A stretch of DNA of 64,000 nucleotides from positions 127,028-191,027 of the IMG/VR virus record IMGVR_UViG_3300032325_000466. One strand, written 5' to 3'. Positions 1 through 8,555 of this stretch are shown piece by piece. Each line of letters begins with the position of its first letter. Positions within the stretch are counted from its first letter, which is position 1. The translations under genes and the position numbers were made by a program. The notes below the pieces were generated by a model. The model was not told the origin of the DNA and made no database searches. It worked only from the letters and a program-made list of their open reading frames with translations. The DNA is from a virus.

Positions 1-6
1 GCAGAA

Positions 7-303
7 ATGGACAAGAGCCGCGGCATACAAGATCCTGCTGATGTTATTCGTAGAATGCGTGGCCCACAGAACCAACCATTAGAATCAACAGGTGATGCTC
101 TAGGTGATGCAGCTATTGCTAAACAGCGTATGGAACAAGCACACAAAATGGAACGGGAAGCTAAAGGGTTACTGGCTGAGGCACAGCGTTTAATTACCGA
201 AGCACAATCATTAGACCCTTCATTAACCGCGCAGCCAGCACCAGTTGTAACAGAAGCTGCACCGGCTAAAGTAAGAAAAACCCGAGCTAAAGTTAGTACA
301 TAA
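7..303 (+). CDS. Hypothetical protein, probably 5'-truncated by the window edge
   Basis: Frame is open back to base 1; stop overlaps next start (TAATG). Confidence 0.6.
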   Translation: MDKSRGIQDPADVIRRMRGPQNQPLESTGDALGDAAIAKQRMEQAHKMEREAKGLLAEAQRLITEAQSLDPSLTAQPAPVVTEAAPAKVRKTRAKVST

Positions 304-599
304 TGTCTCCTGATTTTTTTGACAAATGGGAACACATCCTTGAGGATGTTGAAAAAAGTAGAATACCTATTCAATTTATAAAGAAGTTGGTTTTAAAGCT
401 AGAAGGCAAAAAACAACAAACTATAAATATACAGAAATTTTTATCTCAAGGATTAGACCCCGATCAAGTAGAAGAAGCTATTAGCCGTAAATTGGATGAA
501 ATGGATCATATCATAGTTAGTATAGAATTCATTTTAAACATTGAAACTATAGCTGAAATTGTTCAACCTGAAACGGACAAGCTTCTCCAAAAGTTATGA
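303..599 (+). CDS. Hypothetical phage protein
   Basis: 98-aa ORF coupled to both neighbours (TAATG, ATGA overlaps). Confidence 0.7.
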   Translation: MSPDFFDKWEHILEDVEKSRIPIQFIKKLVLKLEGKKQQTINIQKFLSQGLDPDQVEEAISRKLDEMDHIIVSIEFILNIETIAEIVQPETDKLLQKL

Positions 600-1258
600 A
601 AGCGGTAGTAGCCTGCGATCCTAACGGGGGCATTGGATATCAAAACAAATTACCTTGGACTCAACTTCAAGGTGATTTGCCTAGATTTAAATCTCTTACT
701 GAAGGCCAAGTAATCGTAATGGGTAGAAATACTTGGGAAAGTTTGCCCAAGAAACCCTTACCTAATAGATTGAATATCGTAGTCAGTTCTAAAAAATTAG
801 ATTTACCTGCTGGTGCAATTGCAACAAATAACATAGAGCATTTTGCACATTTCAAAAATGCTTGGTTAATAGGTGGTAGTCAGTTGATTAGCAGTTGTTG
901 GCATTTGATTGATGAGATACATCTTTCAAGGACCATTGCCCGTTACACTTGCGATACTTTCATAAACCTGATATCATTAGAAAATGATTTTAGACTATTT
1001 TTAAAAGATCCTACCCCAGTTGATCATCAATATGAGATATGGAAAAAGAAAGTGAACCAACAAATATTTCAAAAAGAAGAAAAATGTAGTTGTGAAACTT
1101 GTATGCTAAATCCACCTTTTGGTGGTCGTATGCGTTTTATTGTATGTAGCAAATGCGGCAATAAAAGATGCCCACATGCTACTAATCATATCTACGAATG
1201 CACTAACAGCAATGAACCTGGGCAAAAAGGTAGCAGTTGGGAGAACTATAAATTATGA
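596..1258 (+). CDS. folA: Dihydrofolate reductase with C-terminal Cys-rich extension
   Basis: IGYQNKLPW, DLPRFK, VIMGRNTWESL, PLPNRLNIV, WLIGG motifs; extra CSCETC...CSKCGNKRCPHA tail; upstream of thyA. Confidence 0.93.
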   Translation: MKAVVACDPNGGIGYQNKLPWTQLQGDLPRFKSLTEGQVIVMGRNTWESLPKKPLPNRLNIVVSSKKLDLPAGAIATNNIEHFAHFKNAWLIGGSQLISSCWHLIDEIHLSRTIARYTCDTFINLISLENDFRLFLKDPTPVDHQYEIWKKKVNQQIFQKEEKCSCETCMLNPPFGGRMRFIVCSKCGNKRCPHATNHIYECTNSNEPGQKGSSWENYKL

Positions 1259-1500
1259 ACAAACGAATCCTTGAACTTGCTAAGAAGGCGGGCTTTGAAG
1301 ATGGTCACCAAGATCGTTATGGTAACTCATTATCATATGACCTAGAAAAGTTCGCTGCGCTAATTGCCCAAGACTGTGCTGAACTACTTGATACCAGCCG
1401 ACTGAATACTCCCTCGGATCATTGGGGTTTTGTAGCTAGGATATGGACTCTACAAGAAGCAGCCAAGATTATTCGCAATCATTTTGGAGTTAGTAAATGA
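1255..1500 (+). CDS. Small phage protein (MNxRI..LEKFA.LI...HFGV family), paralog 1
   Basis: Coupled ORF, clear similarity to next ORF. Confidence 0.75.
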   Translation: MNKRILELAKKAGFEDGHQDRYGNSLSYDLEKFAALIAQDCAELLDTSRLNTPSDHWGFVARIWTLQEAAKIIRNHFGVSK

Positions 1501-1712
1501 ACGAACGAATTCGCGACCTTGCCAAAGATTGTGATTTGGATTGGCATAGACATTGGAATGACGACAACAGCAATCGGTTAGAAAAGTTCGCCGAGCTTAT
1601 TGTCAGGGAATGCGTTGCTCAGTGCGAGAAAAATGCCGAGCATACATATTTGGGACTTGGCAGTAAGTTGAGTGCGTTTAATATTAAAGAACATTTTGGA
1701 GTTGATGAATGA
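1497..1712 (+). CDS. Small phage protein, paralog 2
   Basis: MNERIRDLAK...LEKFAELIVREC...IKEHFGV. Confidence 0.75.
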   Translation: MNERIRDLAKDCDLDWHRHWNDDNSNRLEKFAELIVRECVAQCEKNAEHTYLGLGSKLSAFNIKEHFGVDE

Positions 1713-2554
1713 AAGCATACCATGACTTGCTAAGTGAAGTATTAGCTAACGGAGAAGAAAAAGATGACAGGACTGGCGTTGGAACTATTAGTGTGTTTGG
1801 ACCTAGTATTCGCACTGATTTGCGTAGGGGCTTTCCCGCTATCACTACTAAAAAACTGGCTTGGAAAGCTGTAGTAGGTGAACTACTTTGGTTCATTGAA
1901 GGTTCTAGTGATGAGCGCAGATTAGCAGAAATCACACATGGTACTAGAGATGGCGTCACAACAATTTGGACTCCAAATGCACTTGCACCTTATTGGAAAC
2001 CTAAGGCTCAGTATGAGGGTGACCTAGGTAGGATTTACGGTGTGCAATGGCGTAGTTGGGGTCCTAGAATTGGGCCACATATTGACCAACTCAAAAATCT
2101 TATCGAGGGTATAAAAAAAGATCCCAATAGTCGTAGGCATATACTTACAGCTTGGAACCCAGGTGAGTTAGATCAAATGGCACTACCACCATGCCACATT
2201 ATGTCTCAGTTCTATGTAAATAAAAATCGTGAATTGAGTTGCCATATGTACCAACGATCCGCGGATTTATTTTTAGGTCTACCCTTTAATATTGCCAGCT
2301 ATGCTCTATTAACACACATGATTGCTCAAGTATGCGAATTGAAAGTTGGCGAACTAATCATAAGCATGGGTGACGCTCATATCTATAAAGATCATGTTGA
2401 CCAAGTTAAAGAACAGCTAACCAGAGAACCACTGCCAAGCCCTAGACTATATCTTAACTATGACAAAAAAACAATTGATGAATTTACAATGGCAGATATC
2501 GTGTTAGATGAGTATAAAAGTCACGGTGCTATTAGCGCAAGAATGGCTGTGTAA
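1709..2554 (+). CDS. thyA: Thymidylate synthase
   Basis: DDRTGVGT, GDLGRIYGVQWR, AWNPGELDQMALPPCH, YQRSADLFLGLPFNIASY. Confidence 0.98.
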   Translation: MKAYHDLLSEVLANGEEKDDRTGVGTISVFGPSIRTDLRRGFPAITTKKLAWKAVVGELLWFIEGSSDERRLAEITHGTRDGVTTIWTPNALAPYWKPKAQYEGDLGRIYGVQWRSWGPRIGPHIDQLKNLIEGIKKDPNSRRHILTAWNPGELDQMALPPCHIMSQFYVNKNRELSCHMYQRSADLFLGLPFNIASYALLTHMIAQVCELKVGELIISMGDAHIYKDHVDQVKEQLTREPLPSPRLYLNYDKKTIDEFTMADIVLDEYKSHGAISARMAV

Positions 2555-2815
2555 ATGAATGTGAATGAAGGTAAGTATGTATCTACACCAGTGCATTCTT
2601 TTAGAATGAGCGATGTAGAAGATTTTGAAATATATGCTTATCAAATTATACAAGAATGGAAAAATACCGAAGAAGGTCAATGGATAATAGAGAATGCAGT
2701 AGAACCTCCCCATTGGGAAAATATGATTGACCATGAAACATATGGCTATAAATGCACGATAGTAGCTAAGTTTTTAGAAGTAAATTACTTATATTGGAAG
2801 TTGAGGTTTAGATGA
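2555..2815 (+). CDS. Small hypothetical protein ending YLYWKLRFR
   Basis: Coupled ORF; C-terminus resembles the 27-29 kb small-protein family. Confidence 0.7.
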   Translation: MNVNEGKYVSTPVHSFRMSDVEDFEIYAYQIIQEWKNTEEGQWIIENAVEPPHWENMIDHETYGYKCTIVAKFLEVNYLYWKLRFR

Positions 2816-3555
2816 AACACGCATTTATGATTACAAGCGCAATTAATGTTGATATGGGAGTATTTACCCCAATAGATCGCTTACGGCAAACTCTACTTAC
2901 GATAAACAGTATCAAAGCAAAAGTACCTGATGCTAAAATAATACTTATTGAAAGTGCTCCCAATCCATTGAACGATAGACAAAATGCTATGCTATTAGAT
3001 GCTACCGATCTATTGATAGACTGTACTGATGATACTGAAGTTAAAGAAATATACGCAACTAAAGAATGGGCGTTAGCTAACAATTCTAAATTTACTAGTC
3101 AAGATATAATCAAAAATCTAATAGAACCTATATGTTTCTTAACCGCATTAAAAATTTGTGTAGAAGATAATGATTTTAATGGGATAGATAGAGTACATAA
3201 AATATCCGGCAGATACATAATAAATGACAATTTTAAATTAAGTAGGTATGAATTATTGCCCGATAGAATAATCATTGCAAACAGACAAAAATCACAGTTC
3301 CCACTTTTCGTTAATGGAATAGATACACAATATATGTCTAGGTTATGGTCTTGGCCTACTAAAGAAACAGACAAAATTATTAATACCTACACAGAAGGAT
3401 TGACCTTTATTAAAAAATGCATTAATAGTGGGCAAGCATATTGTGATATGGAACATATGCTTTATAAATTCTTACCCCCTAACCTAATCACAGAGTTTGC
3501 TAAGATAGGTGTAGAAGGAGGTCTAGCTCCCAATGGATCGGTAGTAAGTGATTAA
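2812..3555 (+). CDS. Putative glycosyltransferase-like protein
   Basis: N-terminal ITSAIN, IILIES, HKISGRY; resembles GT-A-like phage proteins; function inferred. Confidence 0.45.
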   Translation: MKHAFMITSAINVDMGVFTPIDRLRQTLLTINSIKAKVPDAKIILIESAPNPLNDRQNAMLLDATDLLIDCTDDTEVKEIYATKEWALANNSKFTSQDIIKNLIEPICFLTALKICVEDNDFNGIDRVHKISGRYIINDNFKLSRYELLPDRIIIANRQKSQFPLFVNGIDTQYMSRLWSWPTKETDKIINTYTEGLTFIKKCINSGQAYCDMEHMLYKFLPPNLITEFAKIGVEGGLAPNGSVVSD

Positions 3556-3580
3556 AACGATTTTATAGATAAATAAGTGT

Positions 3581-4099
3581 ATGTGGTTACTATCTTTTAT
3601 AACCGAATGGATGACTCATGCAATTCTTGCTGTGGGTATTATATTGGTTATAGTGGGATTCGTATTAGATTTTATTCCCTTTGTAAAACCCTATCAATTA
3701 GCTTGCCAAGTTATAGGCATAATTATGCTTGGATTTGGTCTGTACTCTGAAGGTAAGTTAGCAGAATCACAGTCTTGGGATGCTAAAATAAAAGACTTGG
3801 AAGTTAAATTAGCTGAGGCGGAAGTTAGAGCAGCCAATGTTAATACTGAAATAGTAACACAAACAGTAACAAAAAAACAAATTATAAAAGAAAAGGGTGA
3901 GGATGTAATAAAATATATCGACCGAGAAGTTGTAAAATACGACAATACTTGCCCTATACCTCAATCTGTAATCAAAGCACACAATGCAGCCGCACAAAAT
4001 AAAAAAGTAGATGAAGATGTTATCGTTACTACAGATACTCCTATCACTACACAAGATCACAATGCTGCTACAAAGCCACCAATAAAACTAACCAAATGA
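3581..4099 (+). CDS. Inner-membrane spanin (Rz-like)
   Basis: N-terminal hydrophobic segments then coiled coil; overlaps a lipoprotein gene; late promoter upstream. Confidence 0.7.
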   Translation: MWLLSFITEWMTHAILAVGIILVIVGFVLDFIPFVKPYQLACQVIGIIMLGFGLYSEGKLAESQSWDAKIKDLEVKLAEAEVRAANVNTEIVTQTVTKKQIIKEKGEDVIKYIDREVVKYDNTCPIPQSVIKAHNAAAQNKKVDEDVIVTTDTPITTQDHNAATKPPIKLTK

Positions 4100-4365
4100 A
4101 AAATATACTACTATTTTGTGCAGTTATGTTACTTGCTGGATGCCATACTATCCCTATCACACAAAAATTTCCTGACGCACCTGCAATTTTAATGGATAAA
4201 TGCCAACCACTAGAAACACTTGACAAGCCCACTGTTTATCTAAGTGAATTGATGACTACAGTTACCAATAATTATACAAAATATCACATTTGCGCTAACC
4301 AAGTCGAATCTTGGCAAGATTGGTATAACAAACAAAAAGCAATATACGATAAGATAAACAAATAG
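4096..4365 (+). CDS. Outer-membrane spanin lipoprotein (Rz1-like)
   Basis: Signal peptide with lipobox LLAGC, Pro-rich mature region with two Cys. Confidence 0.75.
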   Translation: MKNILLFCAVMLLAGCHTIPITQKFPDAPAILMDKCQPLETLDKPTVYLSELMTTVTNNYTKYHICANQVESWQDWYNKQKAIYDKINK

Positions 4366-4401
4366 AAACCAGATAAATAGATTATAATCTCGGGATTCTA
4401 T

Positions 4402-4932
4402 ATGGCACAAGAAATTATTAATATTGGCGCGCAAGCGAATGACGGTGAAGGTGACCCCCTACGCACGGCCTTTACTAAAGTAAATAACAACTTTACTCAG
4501 TTATTTGCTACTGCATATAATACTGCTGAAGTAATCACTTACGGGAATACTGCTCAAGAGATTTTTAGTATCTCTGCAAATGCTTTTACTCAAGGCATAT
4601 TTCAAATTAACTCAGTTGCCGCTAATACATCAGATAGTCAAAACATCACTATAACTGCTGCTATTAAAGATGACCAAACAGGAGTAAAATACACTGGCCA
4701 CAGCGCACTATTTAATGGTAATGCTATAACTCAATACAGCATGATAGTAGCAGATAGTAATGTAATACTGTTAGTTAATCCCTTTATAACAGGTCAAATG
4801 ATCAACTTTATAAACTATCAAGTAACTTATAATAATGCAGTTCCTGGAATGAGTTTAGCACTAAATCAATCTCCTACAAATGTTCTAGGAACAGAATATC
4901 TACAACCTATTACTACTCAGCAGGCGTCATGA
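4402..4932 (+). CDS. Virion/baseplate protein with gp9/gp10-type N-terminal motif
   Basis: ANDGEGDPLRTAFTKVNNNF motif; late promoter upstream. Confidence 0.65.
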   Translation: MAQEIINIGAQANDGEGDPLRTAFTKVNNNFTQLFATAYNTAEVITYGNTAQEIFSISANAFTQGIFQINSVAANTSDSQNITITAAIKDDQTGVKYTGHSALFNGNAITQYSMIVADSNVILLVNPFITGQMINFINYQVTYNNAVPGMSLALNQSPTNVLGTEYLQPITTQQAS

Positions 4933-5303
4933 GAGCTAAAGAGTTTATAACTGAACAAAACAAGTTACCTGATCGAATTACCAATCCATTACCTGCTACT
5001 TGGGTAATACCAGAGTTACAAAATCAAAATGCATATTTACAATATAGATTTTCTGTGGCATTGGCCGGTGCACGAGCGGCTCGCAACGGCGATATACCTA
5101 AAATAGATAAAGATACGGTTTGGGGAGAAAATCAAATCGTATCAGGCTACATGAATCCAGATATAGAAGAAGATATTGACTTTGCTTTAGGTGAAATGGG
5201 CCTTAAAGGTAAATTATTAGTCACTAGTAAAGAAAGTGAAGAAACAAGTGATACCGATATCCACAGTCCTTTAAATCCTTTTGCGGGATACAAAAGAAAA
5301 TGA
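4929..5303 (+). CDS. Putative internal head protein, paralog 1
   Basis: Begins MRAKEFITE (capsid-targeting-like); ends PFAGYKRK. Confidence 0.6.
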   Translation: MRAKEFITEQNKLPDRITNPLPATWVIPELQNQNAYLQYRFSVALAGARAARNGDIPKIDKDTVWGENQIVSGYMNPDIEEDIDFALGEMGLKGKLLVTSKESEETSDTDIHSPLNPFAGYKRK

Positions 5304-5677
5304 GAGCCAGTGAATTTATAACTGAAGCTAAGATGGGTAAAATATCCAAACATCAACAACAACCTACCCGCGGGTTAAATATTTTTACAAAGAAAATGGA
5401 TACTTATGATAAGCTATATGATTTAAATCGTTTAATGATGGCTGTCGCAAGTAGCGATGGTATAAACCCAATAGAAATGCCTGCTGAAAGTTGGGTAGGT
5501 AAACACAACACGGCACATGCTTACACTAAAGAAGAACAAGCTATGCTTAATATGGCATATAAAGCGGCTGGCTTAGAGTATATAGATTTAAATAATGGTG
5601 ATTTAGATAGCGAAGAACTATCTGATACAAATACTCAAAGTATAGTAAAACCATTTAAAGGCTATAAGAAAAAATAA
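5300..5677 (+). CDS. Putative internal head protein, paralog 2
   Basis: Begins MRASEFITE; ends PFKGYKKK. Confidence 0.6.
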   Translation: MRASEFITEAKMGKISKHQQQPTRGLNIFTKKMDTYDKLYDLNRLMMAVASSDGINPIEMPAESWVGKHNTAHAYTKEEQAMLNMAYKAAGLEYIDLNNGDLDSEELSDTNTQSIVKPFKGYKKK

Positions 5678-5731
5678 TATAGCAACAATCATTTAGAATA
5701 AGTAATCTTATATAACTTATAGGATATTCAG

Positions 5732-6424
5732 ATGATTGATATTAACAACACCCTTGATTTAGTAAAGTTAAAACTCTATAACGAATGGCTTTATACAGCA
5801 CATATTTACGAAGAAGGTGATAGTCCCTTTCATAAGGATCTTACTTCACAAATCGTAAAACAATATATCGACCCAATTAATCTTAAAAAAGATGCTAAGA
5901 TTTTAGACTTAGGCTGCGGCCCAGGCTATTTCTTAGATGAAATGAAAGCACGTGGATATACTGATTTAACTGGAGTTACGCTATCACCCGGCGATATCAA
6001 AATATGTGAAGATAAAGGCCATGCAGTTAAGCCATATGATCTAACTTTCTTACCACAAAAAGATGGTTACTATGATGAAAGCGTTGATTTTATCTTTCTA
6101 CGCCACGCCCTAGAACATAGCCCATATCCTATCTTTAGTTTAATGGAATACAATCGCGTTCTAACACAATATGGTAAGCTTTATATTGAAGTGCCTGCCC
6201 CAGGTGGCGAACGAAATCACGAGGCAAATCTAAATCACTATAGTATTTTTGGTGAGACTATGTTAGCTGCACTGCTAGACCGAACTGGCTTTAATATCGA
6301 TGTGTTTAATAACTTAGACTTCGATGTTAAAACTGAACCCGATGCAAATGGAGTTGAAAAAGTATTTCACGAAAAATACTACTGCATCGTCGCTACTAAG
6401 CAGCGCCCACTAGATATAAAATAA
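5732..6424 (+). CDS. Class I SAM-dependent methyltransferase
   Basis: ILDLGCGPG motif I; VDFIFLRHALEH; GKLYIEVP. Confidence 0.9.
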   Translation: MIDINNTLDLVKLKLYNEWLYTAHIYEEGDSPFHKDLTSQIVKQYIDPINLKKDAKILDLGCGPGYFLDEMKARGYTDLTGVTLSPGDIKICEDKGHAVKPYDLTFLPQKDGYYDESVDFIFLRHALEHSPYPIFSLMEYNRVLTQYGKLYIEVPAPGGERNHEANLNHYSIFGETMLAALLDRTGFNIDVFNNLDFDVKTEPDANGVEKVFHEKYYCIVATKQRPLDIK

Positions 6425-6425
6425 A

Positions 6426-6911
6426 ATGCCAAAAAAAGTTGCTGCAACTGCAAAAAAGCAAACTAATAAAAAAGTATGCACTTATGTAGTTGCAGTAACT
6501 ATTGGATTCAGTCTACTTGGTACAATAAATTACACAAAAGCTGAAATTGTTAACTCAGATGCTTGGATTGGGCAAGATAAAGTTAAACATTTTACAGTAT
6601 CAATGGGGTTAGGAATACTAGGGGCTAGTTTTTTTAGTGATGCTCAGACCCCTGCAAATCAATTTTTTTATGGTACATTGTTGGGTTCTATACCCGGGCT
6701 CATAAAAGAAATAAGAGATATACATCATCCTGGTTCTACTGCATCGTACAAAGACATGACTTTTAATGTTTTGAGCGCAGCAACAGGTGCTGCAATTGCG
6801 ACACTAATGAATTCTTTTACAGATACGCCCCAAACAAAATGGACAATTATTCCAACCAGCACTAAAAATCAAATGAATGGTGTTGTTTTTCAATATCGAG
6901 TAGAGTTTTAA
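6426..6911 (+). CDS. YfiM/DUF2279-like membrane protein
   Basis: DAWIGQDKVKHF motif, hydrophobic helices, KEIRD...ASYKD. Confidence 0.6.
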   Translation: MPKKVAATAKKQTNKKVCTYVVAVTIGFSLLGTINYTKAEIVNSDAWIGQDKVKHFTVSMGLGILGASFFSDAQTPANQFFYGTLLGSIPGLIKEIRDIHHPGSTASYKDMTFNVLSAATGAAIATLMNSFTDTPQTKWTIIPTSTKNQMNGVVFQYRVEF

Positions 6912-6962
6912 TCGGTTAAGTTTATAATACGCACAATGGGTTAATGCCAGCTAAATACTCTT

Positions 6963-8516
6963 ATGAGTAAAACTGGAACAGCCTCACTAGTTAAAAACCC
7001 ATATGTAAAGACCCACTTCGCCAATCAAACGCAGTTAGATGATTTTATGAAGTGCTGCGATCCAGTTACTGGATATCTTTACTTTATGAGTAATTTCTTC
7101 TACATACAGCACCCAACTAAGGGTAGTATGGCGTACCAGCCATGGGGCTATCAAAAGCGACTAATCGATACTTATCATAATTATCGTTACTCAATATCAC
7201 TTATGCCTCGACAAAGTGGTAAATCTACTTCGGCTGCTGGGTATTTGCTATGGTACGCTATGTTCGTACCTGACTCTACTATATTAGTTGCTGCACACAA
7301 ATATACTGGCGCACAAGAAATTATGCAGCGTATTAGATATGCATATGAGAATTGTCCAGATTATATCAAAGCAGGTGTAACAACATATAACAAAGGGTCA
7401 TTGGATTTCGAAAATGGTAGTCGCATTGTTTCAGCAACTACTACTGAAAATACAGGTCGTGGTATGTCTATCACACTGTTATACTTAGACGAGTTTGCGT
7501 TCGTTAGACCAAGTATTGCTAAAGAATTTTGGACTGCTATAACTCCAACTCTATCCACTGGCGGTAAGGCGATTATCACTTCAACTCCAAACTCAGATGA
7601 GGATCAATTTGCTTTTATTTGGAAAGGCGCTAACAAAACAGAAGATGAGTTTGGTAATACTACCCCAGTTGGAATAAATGGATTTAAAGCATATCGAGCG
7701 CATTGGAGCGAACAGCCAGGCAGAGATGAAAAATGGGCTGAGGGAATGAAAGCCCAACTTGGAGAAGATCGTTTCAATCGAGAAATAGGATGCGAGTTCA
7801 TTATTGCTGATGAAACACTGATTAATCCAAATACTCTTATTCAACTTGAGGGAATTGAACCCGTTACCCGTATAGGACAAATTCGTTGGTATAAAAAACC
7901 TGAAAAGGGCAATATCTATTGTGTTGGACTAGATCCCAGCATTGGTACAGGCGGCGATCCTGCTGCTATACAAATATATGAAGCAAATACTACTACTCAA
8001 ATTGGTGAGTGGAAGCATAATAAAACTGATATTCCTAATCAAATTAAACTACTATCACAAATAAACAAGTATATTGTAGAATGCACCGATGAACCCGATA
8101 ATCTTTACTATTCAATAGAGAATAATTCTATAGGCGAAGCCGCACTAGTATCACTCAATGAATATGGGGAACACAATATACCAGGTGCTTTTTTAAGCGA
8201 GCCAGGTAAAAAGCGTAAAGGTTTCACTACAACTAATAAGTCTAAAATACAAGCTTGTGCCAAGTTCAAAACACTAGTAGAAAATAAAAAACTAAAAGTA
8301 AATAGTCGCAGTCTTATATCTGAATTAAAAGCATTTGTAGCAAGTGGTGGTAGTTATGCGGCCAAAATAGGTGATACCGATGATTTAATTATGGCTACAC
8401 TATTGGTTGTTAGAATGTTTCAACAACTAAGTGATTATCATTACAATTTAGAAGAACAAATTAAAGACCACAGTGAATTTTTAGCTCCGCTACCCTTTTA
8501 TGCAATATTAGGATAA
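6963..8516 (+). CDS. terL: Terminase large subunit (T4 gp17-like)
   Basis: Q motif WGYQ, Walker A PRQSGKS, Walker B LYLDEFAF, GLDPSIG nuclease Asp, DDLIMA. Confidence 0.96.
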   Translation: MSKTGTASLVKNPYVKTHFANQTQLDDFMKCCDPVTGYLYFMSNFFYIQHPTKGSMAYQPWGYQKRLIDTYHNYRYSISLMPRQSGKSTSAAGYLLWYAMFVPDSTILVAAHKYTGAQEIMQRIRYAYENCPDYIKAGVTTYNKGSLDFENGSRIVSATTTENTGRGMSITLLYLDEFAFVRPSIAKEFWTAITPTLSTGGKAIITSTPNSDEDQFAFIWKGANKTEDEFGNTTPVGINGFKAYRAHWSEQPGRDEKWAEGMKAQLGEDRFNREIGCEFIIADETLINPNTLIQLEGIEPVTRIGQIRWYKKPEKGNIYCVGLDPSIGTGGDPAAIQIYEANTTTQIGEWKHNKTDIPNQIKLLSQINKYIVECTDEPDNLYYSIENNSIGEAALVSLNEYGEHNIPGAFLSEPGKKRKGFTTTNKSKIQACAKFKTLVENKKLKVNSRSLISELKAFVASGGSYAAKIGDTDDLIMATLLVVRMFQQLSDYHYNLEEQIKDHSEFLAPLPFYAILG

Positions 8517-8555
8517 TTCATACTTTAGATAAATATTTAATAACTTGAGTAAATT

